Shown here: positions 13,890-29,768 of the stretch, in pieces | How positions within the stretch are numbered: the stretch's first letter is position 1 | Layout of the letters: each line of letters starts with the position of its first letter | Position numbers and translations under genes: made by a program | Notes under the pieces: generated by a model | What the model was told of the DNA's origin: nothing | The model's input: the letters and a program-made list of their open reading frames with translations, nothing else | Databases searched by the model: none | Assembly (NCBI RefSeq): GCF_009914755.1 | Contig: NC_060933.1 | Reading direction: 5' to 3' (one strand) | DNA: 64,000 bases | DNA from: the human T2T-CHM13v2.0 reference genome, Homo sapiens

Positions 13890-14430
13890 AAACCAAAAAC
13901 AAGAACATTCTATTAAAAACAGGGGGAATTTTATCTTTAAAAAATGGTATTGTCGTGAAAGGCAAGAAAAGCTGGAGAGGTTTTCCAGATTGAAGGGGAC
14001 TGAAGAGATATGACAACTAATTGCAATACATGATTCTAGGTTGGACTCCATGCTGGAGGAAAATCATGCTATAAAGAATTGGCTCAATTGATGTAATATA
14101 CTGCTAGTATTCTAATTCTATCAAAGTATTTTATCAATGTCACATTTACTGAATCTTACTACCATACTGTAGGTAAGTAAGACTATCTTTATCTTAGAAA
14201 ACACACATTGAAATATTTACTGGTGAAAGACCATGTAACGTAAAATGACTAAGGAAAAAAAAAGGACTGTGTGTGTGGGGGGTGTGTGTGTGTGTGTGTG
14301 TGTGTGTATGTACAGAAAAAGGAAGCAAATAAGACAAATGTTAACTCTACAGATAATCTGGGTAAAAGATAGTGAGGTGTTGTATATTTTTACACCCTTT
14401 CTGTTAGTTTTTTTTTTCAAATAAAATATT
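13890..14430 (+). mobile_element. L1MC/L1ME 3' UTR fragment
   Basis: ttccagattgaaggggactgaagagatatgacaactaattgcaatacatgattctagg...; ends tttcaaataaaa. Confidence 0.65.
14268..14306. repeat. (TG)n microsatellite
   Basis: Direct reading. Confidence 0.95.
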
Positions 14431-16984
14431 GTAATGAATAGAAGAGTGGAAGATAAAAATCAAGAAAATCTATCAAAAGTTAAAAGAAAGACACAAAGAG
14501 ATGGAAAACGACAAAAGACAGGAAGAGGAGAGCAATGCAGAAGGTCCAATGGCTGATTAATCATTAAAAAAATATTTGTGACAGTTGCAGTTGATAAGAC
14601 TAAATTATCAATTAAACTATAGAAGAAAATTTCTGAGCACACACAAAAAAATCGATCTCCAAACGAAATCAGTTCCACACAAAGGTATATCAAGAATTTC
14701 AGAAATGCTTAAACGTTTCCTACAAAGAAAAAGCATACAACAAAACAATTTAAAAAGTAAAACAAGTCATCTACAAACAAAAAGGGAATCAGGCTGGCAT
14801 CAAAGTGATCTTTTCATAATTGTGAGCAAGAATAATCTTCAACTTAAAATCTCAAGAAAATGCTCAATCAGATGGAAGGGTGGAGGAGGTAAGCTCATTG
14901 AAGAGAAGTACACATCTAAAATGTATACTTCTCATGGGCCGTATTTTTTAGAAAGATACTAGAAGTTGTACTTCTGCAAATATGAGGTATTGAAATCAAG
15001 GAGAATGAAGTGCGATCTAGGAACAAGAAGTCCAACAGAGAAAAACAAAGACAGGGAGTCTTAGAGAGCAACCAGTGAGAGGGGAGCAGAAGGATGAAAG
15101 GCTAGAGGAGTGAAATCTAAACATATGAAGGATGGAATTAAAATATTTTCATTATTTTGTATATTTGAAATTTGAAATCATCACTAACAACTTTATAAAC
15201 TTCAGGAAAAATAAATATATTGTGCTAAAAATGTAAACCTAGAGAATAATATTTATGTAGTCATAATCATGTAAATAGGAAATAATGATTTCACCAGAAA
15301 CAACACATTGAGAGAATAGTGGGAAAAGAGTCCTGTAATTGGTGCACCTGTCCTAATTCCTATGTAGGCATCATAATAGAAGTTATTAGGTAATGTTTAA
15401 AGTTGATAAATCAAGATAATAATACAAGCATATTAAATTAAAAACAATTAAGGTAGTTACCAAAAGGACCAGATACACGAGCTAAACATTGCTTTCTCTA
15501 TTGAACAGGACTATAGCATAGAGAAGTGTCAAACAAGCTGCCATTATTCTGTTGCTGTTATTATAAGCCTCTTAATATAATACTATTTGATTACTAGATC
15601 ATGAGCTCCTATTTATAAAAATAAAAGCAAATTTTAAAGTTATAACAACTCATGTTGCTACAAAAGCCCTAAAGTCATTTCAACAATACAGCACACTGAT
15701 GACACTTTCCTTGCCCGAAACACTTTCCTTGCCTTTCCAGTACGCTTTCACTTTCCTTTCCTTGTTTAGAAACTTTTTAAAAGAAACATGGTCCTGTGTT
15801 ACATGTAACATGCTTTTGAAATAAAAACCATCTCCTATCACAAGGAGTTTTTAAAAGAGCCTAGATGTTCTTATTGTCCTTCGTATCTCTAAAAATAATT
15901 GCTTTAAAAATTAGCTTATTCCCTTTGACAGATACTTGAAAGCTAAAGTTTTGTGGGATTCAGTACAAGGATAGGCATACCACATATCTCTACTTTTTAT
16001 GAAATTTGTTGCTAGTAATGTTAGAATATGTTTGAATGAAGCACCTTCTGTCCTTGCTTTCAACTCCTAGCTAGAGTGCATGAAATACTAATCATCTCTT
16101 GTGTTAGTAATAGAATTTGTAAATTTCCACAAATAAAATATGTTTACTATAATTTCTAAATAGTCAATACCGAGTAGCAATACCTTTGACTTTAGCAGCT
16201 GGTATATAATTGTCTATATTACAGTGTTTATATTATAACTAGTATATATTACAGATAGTGTTATTCAACTATTATAGTAGGTTGTAGCAGTACAAAATTA
16301 AATTATCACAAATCTACAATTTGCTCACAAATTTTTAGTGGCAATGATCACTTATACTACTGTAGAGAGGCAGTAGTTGCCCATGTGCTGCCTAAAATGT
16401 GAGAAAGTTCTTATTACAGGGTAGGATAAAATTGTTGCCTTACTAAACAGAAATTCACATATTTCCCTCTCCAGAAAAACAAAAATGTGTATATTTAATA
16501 TAGTCAAAGTTGAGTTTTTAAGGTAATATGTCATCTCTAACAGGAGGGTGACTGCTGAATGTTTGGTATTTAAGGTCTTACATACAGGACCTTGAAGGAG
16601 GTTCTATATTATATAAATAATCTTTGAAGAGTGATTTATGGTTTTGGATAACTAAAAGAATATGTGCTTCACTTCACATTAGTTTTTTTAAAGCATGTTT
16701 TTATTATTATAACAGTAATATTAAATATAGTGGTCTTTTTTCAGTACTTCTCATTTTTTTCAGCATTCAGATGACAAAATTTTTTAAAAAAAACTCTTCT
16801 ACCTTACCTACCTGCATAACTAAACTGAGATTATTCCTTCTCTCACTCATTATGCTAACTTCTAATGTCGTGTCTCAAAAAATTTTCTTCTATGCACCTT
16901 TTTTCCTTTTATCTTTGTTTCATTGTAATGCTAGATAGATGATGACTTGTGAGAAAGAATCTCAAATCTATATACTAATCTCCC

Positions 16985-17287
16985 TTTGTTTGTTTGTTTG
17001 TTTTGAGTTAGGGTCTGGCTTTATCACCCAGGCTAGAGTACAGTGTCATGGTCATGGCTTACTGTAGCTTTGAACTCCTGGGCTAAAGAGATCCTCCCAC
17101 CTCAGCCTCCTAAGTAGCTGGGAGTACAGATGTACAGCACCATGCCTAGAAAATTTTTTTTAAGTTTTTGTAGAAATGGGGTCTTTCTATGTTGCCCAGG
17201 CTGGTCTAGACTCCCAGGCTCAAGCGATCCTCCTGCTTCATCCTCCTAAAGTGCTGGGATTACAGGCATCAGCCACTGCACCTGGCC
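16985..17287 (-). mobile_element. AluJ (Jo-like)
   Basis: (tttg)n tail then gaactcctgggct...gatcctcccacctcagcctc and ctatgttgcccaggctgg; J-type diagnostics, high divergence. Confidence 0.9.
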
Positions 17288-19902
17288 AACTTCTCTTATA
17301 CGTTCCAGGCTTGTACTTCTAAATTCTACCTATCTTATACTTACCTAATATTTTCCTAAGTCAAGCCCTTGAAAACTCAGTATGAGCAAAAGAAACATTA
17401 ATATTTTTTGAGAATAACTGTATGGTAGTGTTAATCATCTCAGAAGAATTGCTGGGAAACAGTACAATAAAACAGGAAAAATAGTGGATATTAAGACAGA
17501 AAGGGATCATCATCATACAAATTTTTAGTTGTATTTGCCCAAATTGTGTTGAAGGGGATAAAGCCAGGGAATATGGAAAGAAAAAAGGAAGATATCAAGG
17601 AGGCTATGAAAGAGGACTCAGATCTTGGAACGATGTATTTTTTTCAGTAAATACATGATGAATGCATACAACAGAGAAAAAGAGCAGAAAAGAGAAAGAA
17701 AAAACCAAACTCTATGATTTAAAATTTCACTGAATGTGAAGATAATTGTATCATTAAAATAACTGAGAAAGGGTAGAAATAAAAATCATAAGCTTCAAAT
17801 ATATATGACTTATTGTTGACAAAAATGATAGTTGAAAGCTAAAGCCAAAATTTCTAACTAGGGTTAATGTGAAGATTTCAAGAGAAAATTTAATAAAGAA
17901 CTACTTATGCAAGTGTTTTGAGAAATCAAAGGTATAGTTTACCCATGAGCATTTGTTTAGAGAGATAAAAGTCACTGAAATAAAATTTGTATTTTAAGCT
18001 GTACATTTTCAGTGTTATATCATAAATTGGAATTGTATTTATTACAAATGGAAAAAGCTTTCCTGTAGCACACCAAGATTAGTTTTAATAGGTTCAAGAA
18101 TTGTTGATTTGTAACCTTAAGACTATTAGTGTTGTGGAAAATTAAATATAATTAGGTATTGCAGGAAAAAGTGTTCATTGAAGTTTATATTTTATATGCC
18201 TTAGGAGATTAATTTTGCTTATTAGTTTTGTGATATTTAAGCACCGCTATAAACATCACAGATTTTGTAATAACCATTATATACTTAACCAGTATAAAAT
18301 ATTGAGTATTTCTATATTAGAATATTTAAAAGCATTTCTACTTGTGATTTCACTGGGGGTACAACACAATGTAAACTATACCCACTGCTGGAGGAGGAGC
18401 ATGAAATAAAGAACTCTTCGGGCGAACACTTAAAACCCACCTAAATCAATCTCTGTGTTTTCTTTTCAGTATTACCTTCCATTATTACTACCCTTTATTA
18501 TGAAAGCATTGCTAGCTGTCCTTTCCTAAGTGCCCTCTACATTCAAATTCACCATTTCTGTATGTACTATTCCCTACATCTGCAATGCCATTCCCAGCCC
18601 ACACATCTGCCCTATTGGATTTATATCAAATTCAGCTTTCCTCAAGAAGCCTTCTCAGTTGCTTTAACAAAAATTACTGGTCTGTCTTCTGGAAAACAAT
18701 TGGTGTCTGATCTCTCCTTATCTTTTAGCACCTAACACTAATAGTATAGTTATGTAAAGGAATGCGTGTGTGTACATAATAACATACTATTTAGTATCTA
18801 AATACACCGTGCATCTCCTATGATGGATAAATTACAAGTATATTATTAATATCTATCTATTTTTCCCATACATCTAATGCAGTGCAATGTTCATAGATTC
18901 TTAATATTGTTTGAAATATTGCCTCTTTCTTTAGTCATTGAGAGCCATCTTTTTCAGAGTCAATTTCATTCTTCTAGCCCTAGCTTATTTTCATGTCATT
19001 TGCATTTTCTTGAGATATGTGAATAAAGGACACGGGAAGAAAATGCAGTTGAGAGGTTGGCGAGTAGAAAGCTAATTCACTCAGATTTTACTACATATTG
19101 TTTGGAAGCCTAAGTTGTTTGGGTACAACTAACATAAAACTTGTTTTTATGTATTATAGGCATATATTCTTAAATGACTAATGAACTCTGCTTCATGTGA
19201 ACAACGTTTCATCTTCTGATCATTTTCAATATTTTATTACACTTTGAAAAGTATTGTAGTGCTCCAGAAAATATAATGTCAACCGTTAAAATTCAACTTT
19301 ACTACAGTTGTTGGCAATATTAAATAACTTTTGTTGCTGCATGATGTTAGCTGCAGCTTAAATTTCAGATCATGAAGTGTTATTAATATTACATGGTTAG
19401 AATTAATTTCCAGATCAATGAATCAATGCTATCTTAATATTCTTTGCCTTTAAATTTCATACCACATTATTTTGTGAGTGGATTTCATAAAAGGAAGATG
19501 CTTTATGTTGCCAAGCTCATTATCTTGAGTTTTTGTCCAGAACTGAATTCCCTTTGTTATCAAAGGACAGAGAGAGCACCTTAAAAACTATTGAACAATG
19601 CTGATTTGATGGGCAGGCAATTTACATTAAACTTAAAAGGAGGGAATTTTCTTTGCAAATATGTAAAGATCACTTACACAAAGTAAAGAGATATTTCACT
19701 ATGGGAACAACAACAAAGACAGACTCACAATGCCATAAAGTGGAAAAAATGATTAACATGGAAAAATCCATTACTACTGTTATTAGAATATTAACTAATC
19801 TGAATATTTTATTTGTAAACTCGACTAGTGATACCTGACCTTGTATTTGGTGAAAGAAAATAAAGAACAAACTTAATTTCACACCTAATACAGTAGCAGT
19901 CA

Positions 19903-19912
19903 TCTCTCTCTC

Positions 19913-19946
<34 letters not shown>
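19903..19946. repeat. (CT)n-(CA)n compound microsatellite
   Basis: Direct reading. Confidence 0.95.
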
Positions 19947-19948
<2 letters not shown>

Positions 19949-20375
19949 TTGCATTTTGGAAGAAAACTTAATTTTTTGAAGCCAGTTATTTTCTTTAAAC
20001 TTGATGCTTTGGTAAGCTATTATTTCACTTGGTAATATCAATTAGTTTTCACACTTATAAAGTACTTAAACATTTATAAAATATTTGTAAAAGGCTTTCA
20101 CAAATACAGTAGTTGATTTATAAAATAGAGACTATTTAGAACAAATAAATGATTTAAGTCTCAGAGGTTCGAAGAGACTTATATGCTCTGGTCTGTATAA
20201 CTCATACATGGCAGAGTAGATAATTGAGCCTAAGCAATAGATACCATATCTGTCCGCTATACCTATTTTACTATGTCACTAACTCTGTGATCCTTCTAGT
20301 CTCCACTTAGTGTTTGTTAGCTCCCACATTTAGGATGTGCATACTGGGGGAGAAGAACACAAGAAAGAATGATGA

Positions 20376-20849
<474 letters not shown>

Positions 20850-21129
20850 AAGAAAACACTTTTAAAGAGGTTTCTGAAAGAGACAGGGCCTGGATAAGGT
20901 TGATTTAATAATGGAGGATGTCCCTAGGAAGTTTAAATTTAAAAAGTTACATAGAGCTATGTGATGAATGTGGTCTACTTGTACTACATCATGTTCTACA
21001 AAGAGAATATGAGTTATTTTGAAATTACAGCTGGTCTGTTTTCTTTTGCCATAGTACTGCTCTGATTTTGGATGACATGGGTCACAATATAATGAGGACA
21101 CCAGAGATAATGGACAGTACTCATACTCA

Positions 21130-21570
21130 AGGTTATACTCATTTACCACCTAGTTCAGGAGTCAGATACTCAGTCTGTAGGAAACAAAACAAAACAAAAC
21201 ACCAGAGCATAAGAAGTACTATGAGATAAAGCAGAGCTATAGGAATACACTACTTAGGGCTGGGAGCTCCAGGAGTATCTACCTGAAGAAGTTACACAAA
21301 TGAGCGCTCAAGGGAGGAAGGAAAAACCAGACATCAGCACTGGAAACAGTTTAGGAGACCTGCAGTTCATTTGGTATGTTGATCTAGTACACAATTAGAG
21401 TGTGCCTTTGGTTAGAGTCACAGAATTGGGAATATCGAAGCCATGGACATAAGTGAGATCATTCAAATAGAACACACACAGAGAATAAAAAGGGCAAGAA
21501 TGGACCTGGAAACCACAGTCTATGGGGAAGACAAGAACAGAGAAGTCTGAGAAAGAGACTGTTAACAATA
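21130..21570 (-). mobile_element. L2 fragment
   Basis: Purine-rich degenerate L2 antisense (gaagccatggacataagtgagatcattc...). Confidence 0.5.
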
Positions 21571-22371
21571 TTTCTACAGAGTTTATTTTTAAAATGACAT
21601 TTTCACATAAAAACAATTTCTTGTATGTTTGAGTTTTCAAATGTAAACAAATGTACAACTCATTCATGTGTCACTCAAACTGGATAAAGAACTGCAGAAA
21701 AAGCATTGAAACAGAAGTAACTTTGAATATTTGATAAAGAAAAATCTTATTGTGATTATATAATGTAATTTTTATTAAAAATGCAGTATTTTAAAGTTTA
21801 AGTATATGATGAAAGATAGCATTGAGTATATCAGTATGGCTATTCTGCTTACACTTGACACAAATATAATATTTAAATTTATGAAATATGTATTATTTAT
21901 ACTTTTCCACAAAATGAAGCAGAACAATATAAGTGAGCATAATATGTATGTTTATCCATGTAAATAGGTCAATTTTGATTATTATAAACACTATTAAAAG
22001 CACATTTCTGTATGGTTACCCTTGAAGTCCCTACTCAAATTTCTTTCCTTTTAAAGGACTTTACGCATTTACTAGATAGGAATTACTACCATGACTCTCC
22101 CGAATTCATAATTTTCCTTAGTATAAAATAAAAATATATTTAAATATGCTTTTAACACAAATAGAATTTTACTCCAATTCTGTATTATAACTTGATTTTA
22201 ATCCCTCTAGAAAATATGGTGACTATTTTTTCACAACCTCATTATTCTTCTATCCTATTTTTATGAAACAATTTAATTGACAATTTTCAAAATTAGAAGT
22301 TACTTTTTTCCTATAGAAAAAAATTGATTGTAACAACAAGTTAAAAATAAAAAAAAGAATTAAAAATTACT

Positions 22372-23277
22372 GGGGAGGAGCCAAGATGGCCGAATAGGAA
22401 CAGCTCCGGTCTACAGCTCCCAGCGTGAGCGACGCAGAAGACAGGTGATTTCTGCATTTCCATCTGAGGTACAGGGTTCATCTCACTAGGGAGTGCCAGA
22501 CAGTGGGCGCAGGTCAGTGGGTGCGTGCACCGTGCGTGAGCCGAAGCAGGGCGAGGCATTGCCTCACTCCAGAAGTGCAAGGTGTCAGGGAGTTCCCTTT
22601 CCTAGTCAAAGAAAGGGGTGACAGATGGCACCTGGAAAATCGGGTCGCTCCCACCCGAATACTGCGCTTTTCCGACGGGCTTAAAAAACAGTGCACCAGG
22701 AGATTATATCCCGCACGTGGCTCGGAGGGTCCTATGCCCACGGAGTCTCGCTGATTGCTAGCACAGCAGTCTGAGATCAAACTGCAAGACGGCAACGAGG
22801 CTGGGGGAGGGGCGCCCACCATTGCCCAGGCGTGCTTAGGTAAACAAAGCAGCTGGGAAGCTCGAACTGGGTGGAGTCCACCACAGCTCAAGGAGGCCTG
22901 CCTACCTCTGTAGGCTCCACCTCTGGGGGCAGGGCACAGACAAACAAAAAGACAGCAGTAACCTCTGCAGACTTAAATGTCCCTGTCTGACAGCTTTGAA
23001 GAGAGCAGTGGTTCTCCCAGCACGCAGCTGGAGATCTGAGAACGGGCAGACTGCCTCCTCAAGTGGGTCCCTGACCCCTGACCCCCGAGCAGCCTAACTG
23101 GGAGGCACCCCCCAGCAGGGGCACACTGACACCTCACACAGCAGAGTACTCCAACAGACCTGCAGCTGAGGGTCCTGTCTGTTAGAAGGAAAACTAACAA
23201 ACAGAAAGGACATCCACACCAAAAACCCATCTGTACATCACCATCATCAAAGACCAAAAGTAGATAAAACCACAAAG
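22372..23277 (+). promoter_or_regulatory. L1 5' UTR bidirectional promoter (sense and antisense), YY1 site at 22382-22392
   Basis: CAAGATGGCCG YY1 motif; many CpGs retained; short (129-bp-deleted) 5' UTR form. Confidence 0.85.
22514..22822 (-). CDS. ORF0: L1 ORF0-like antisense ORF, C-terminally extended (102 aa)
   Basis: MVGAPPPASLPSCSLISDCCASNQRDSVGIGPSEP... matches the ORF0 N-terminus; ATG at 22822. Confidence 0.6.
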   Translation of the reverse strand: MVGAPPPASLPSCSLISDCCASNQRDSVGIGPSEPRAGYNLLVHCFLSPSEKRSIRVGATRFSRCHLSPLSLTRKGNSLTPCTSGVRQCLALLRLTHGARTH

Positions 23278-24294
23278 ATGGGGAAAAAACAGAACAGAAA
23301 AACTGGAAACTCTAAAATGCAGAGTGCCTCTCCTCCTCCAAAGGAACGCAGTTCCTCACCAGCAAAAGAACAAAGCTGGATGGAGAATAACTTTGACGAG
23401 CTGAGAGAAGAAGGCTTCAGACGATCAAATTACTCTGAGCTACGGGAGGACATTCAAACCAAAGGCAAAGAAGTTGAAAACTTTGAAAAAAATTTAGAAG
23501 AATGTATAACTAGAATAACCAATACAGAGAAGTGCTTAAAGGAGCTGATGGAGCTGAAAACCAAGGCTCCAGAACTACGTGAAGAATGCAGAAGCCTCAG
23601 GAGCCGATGCAATCAACTGGAAGAAAGGGTATCAGCAATGGAAGATGAAATGAATGAAATGAAGCGAGAAGGGAAGTTTAGAGAAAAAAGAATAAAAAGA
23701 AATGAGCAAAGCCTCCAAGAAATATGGGACTATGTGAAAAGACCAAATCTACATCTGATTGGTGTACCTGAAAGTGATGGGGAGAATGGAACCAAGTTGG
23801 AAAACACTCTGCAGGATATTATCCAGGAGAACTTCCCCAATCTAGCAAGGCAGGCCAACGTTCAGATTCAGGAAATACAGAGAACGCCACAAAGATACTC
23901 CTCGAGAAGAGCAACTCCAAGACACATAATTGTCAGATTCACCAAAGTTGAAATGAAGGAAAAAATGTTAAGGGCAGCCAGAGAGAAAGGTCGGGTTACC
24001 CTCAAAGGGAAGCCCATCAGACTAACAGCAGATCTCTCGGCAGAAACCCTACCAGCCAGAAAAGAGTGGGGGCCAATATTCAACATTCTTAAAGAAAAGA
24101 ATTTTCAACCCAGAATTTCATATCCAGCCAAACTAAGCTTCATAAGTGAAGGAGAAATAAAATCCTTTACAGACAAGCAAATGTTGAGAGATTTTGTCAC
24201 CACCAGGCCTGCCCTAAAACAGCTCCTGAAGGAAGCGCTAAACATGGAAAGGAACAACTGGTACCAGCCGCTGCAAAATCATGCCAAAATGTAA
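23278..24294 (+). CDS. ORF1: LINE-1 ORF1p RNA-binding protein/nucleic-acid chaperone, full-length 338 aa
   Basis: MGKKQNRKTGNSK...REKG...YPAKLS...QNHAKM; uninterrupted frame. Confidence 0.95.
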   Translation: MGKKQNRKTGNSKMQSASPPPKERSSSPAKEQSWMENNFDELREEGFRRSNYSELREDIQTKGKEVENFEKNLEECITRITNTEKCLKELMELKTKAPELREECRSLRSRCNQLEERVSAMEDEMNEMKREGKFREKRIKRNEQSLQEIWDYVKRPNLHLIGVPESDGENGTKLENTLQDIIQENFPNLARQANVQIQEIQRTPQRYSSRRATPRHIIVRFTKVEMKEKMLRAAREKGRVTLKGKPIRLTADLSAETLPARKEWGPIFNILKEKNFQPRISYPAKLSFISEGEIKSFTDKQMLRDFVTTRPALKQLLKEALNMERNNWYQPLQNHAKM

Positions 24295-24342
24295 AGACCA
24301 TCGAGACTAGGAAGTAACTGCATCAACTAACGTGCAAAATAA

Positions 24343-28178
<3,836 letters not shown>

Positions 28179-28221
28179 ACAATGAGATCACATGGACACA
28201 GGAAGGGGAACATCACACTCT

Positions 28222-28255
28222 GGGGACTGTTGTTGGGTTGGGGGAAGGGGGAGGG
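28222..28255 (+). other. G-rich tract (potential G-quadruplex) of the L1 3' UTR
   Basis: ggggactgttgttgggttgggggaagggggaggg has five G runs. Confidence 0.6.
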
Positions 28256-28565
28256 ATAGCACTGGGAGATATACCTAATGCTAGATGATGAGTTAATGGG
28301 TGCAGCGCACCAGCATGGCACATGTATACATATGTAACTAACCTGCACAATGTGCACATGTACCCTAAAACTTAAAGTAAAATAATAAAAAAAAATAAAA
28401 AATAAAAAATAAAAAATAAATTACTATATTGGTCTCTTTTATCTTTTTTCTCTATATACACATAAAAGTTATCTTATAAAGACATTTTAATCCAATTTCT
28501 AAAATTTAAATATATGCCTGCTCCTTCTTTCATGTCAGAAGTATTTTTTCTCAAGCATGTGTTTT

Positions 28566-28608
28566 AATAGTTCCATAGATAAATAAAAAAAAAAAATAGT
28601 TCCATAGA
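28566..28608 (+). mobile_element. Poly(A)-only micro-insertion with 14-bp TSD
   Basis: aatagttccataga + taaataaaaaaaaaa + aatagttccataga, preceded by tttt. Confidence 0.7.
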
Positions 28609-29138
28609 ATTTTACTATTAGAAAAAATATTTTATAAATTTTATACAAGTATATATTTGGGCTATTTATGACTATAAAAACATAATTCTGTTTAAATATT
28701 TTCAGATATTCCTAATTATTTACTCACATTAAATCACAAGATACAGAATTGCTATGGAGGAGGGATTGTTGAGGTATTTCATAAATAGACCAAATACTTA
28801 TTACATGTTTCTTGTATCTATTTTATAGCATTTGTCCTAGTACTGTTGATGAGTTTATCTTCTTTACTATTCTTTGAAACTGTGGAAGACAGATTGCATG
28901 TGAATTACCCATAAGTTATGTGTAGGCCCACCATGTAGTTCTTACAGTGTATGAAAATCATTTAAAAAAATAAGCTGTATAATACATATATTTCATTCCC
29001 TAAACTGTTATTCTATTCAGTTTACCAAAGTTTCATATTAATGTTTCTACATGATGTGATTAATATATTCTGGCTATGGATTTCTGAAGGTACAGACTCA
29101 GAGTGGATCATAACTGGAATTGGAGGCAGAGATCTTAC

Positions 29139-29214
29139 CTCTTGTAATTTTAAGACTGGTAATCGAGGAGTCTTTTGAGTTATTGGATTATCTGCTTGCC
29201 CTTATTGCCTAACT
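29139..29214 (-). ncRNA. Candidate non-coding exon (76 nt)
   Basis: Minus strand: ttttgtcatttccag|A ... AAGAG|gtaaga. Confidence 0.35.
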
Positions 29215-29664
29215 CTGGAAATGACAAAACCTGAGGTCCTGAAGGGTTACTCGGCCCTCAGGTGATTACCAGTAAGGTGGCACTGAACAATGTGTCAGTT
29301 GAAATGCTTAATGATAACTCTGGTTTCCCACTCTGGATCACTACTACAAACAGCTTTCAGTCTTATGAGGTTCTAGCATTTACTCTACTTCTAGCTCAGA
29401 TATTTTGATCCTCAGTTCAGAAAGAAATCCATTCATAGTTACCTGTTCTACAACTTGAAATTAGGTGGATTAAAAAGTATATGCATTGACCTAAAGACAC
29501 TATCGAATTTTAAAATTATACTATTTTAAAGAAATGCAGTGTTTTCGTATTTTGAAAGCGTAAAAGGGTTGATGGAGTTACATCATTAATTCTGTAGATA
29601 GAAGTCCAAAAAATACACATCTTGTGTCATGGGAAACTAGCATACCCAGTCATACTGAACTCAC

Positions 29665-29768
29665 CTGGAGCCGAAGCCCATCGCTTCCCTCGGTGCCAAC
29701 ATGCTGTCAGTCAGACACCTCTAACTGGAATATCACGGGCCAGGAACTGCTTGCCTTTTATTTTCCAC
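29665..29768 (-). ncRNA. Candidate non-coding exon (104 nt)
   Basis: Minus strand: branch-like actgac, tatgttttgttccag|G ... CCAG|gtgagt (consensus donor); 4 CpGs; stops in all three frames. Confidence 0.45.

Larger units (their letters stand above)
12820..15640 (+). mobile_element. HAL1-like (ORF1-only LINE-1 derivative) relic, interrupted
   Basis: ORF1-like remnant (ggaatcaggctggcatc...) followed by HAL1-typical tatacttctcatg...tactagaagttgtacttc...agagagcaaccagt...ggagcagaaggatgaaaggct; contains MIR and L1M insertions. Confidence 0.6.

Noticed and set aside
19670-20041. 123-aa hydrophobic minus-strand ORF
   Set aside because: Runs through a (CA)n microsatellite; hydrophobicity reflects T-richness; no known homology
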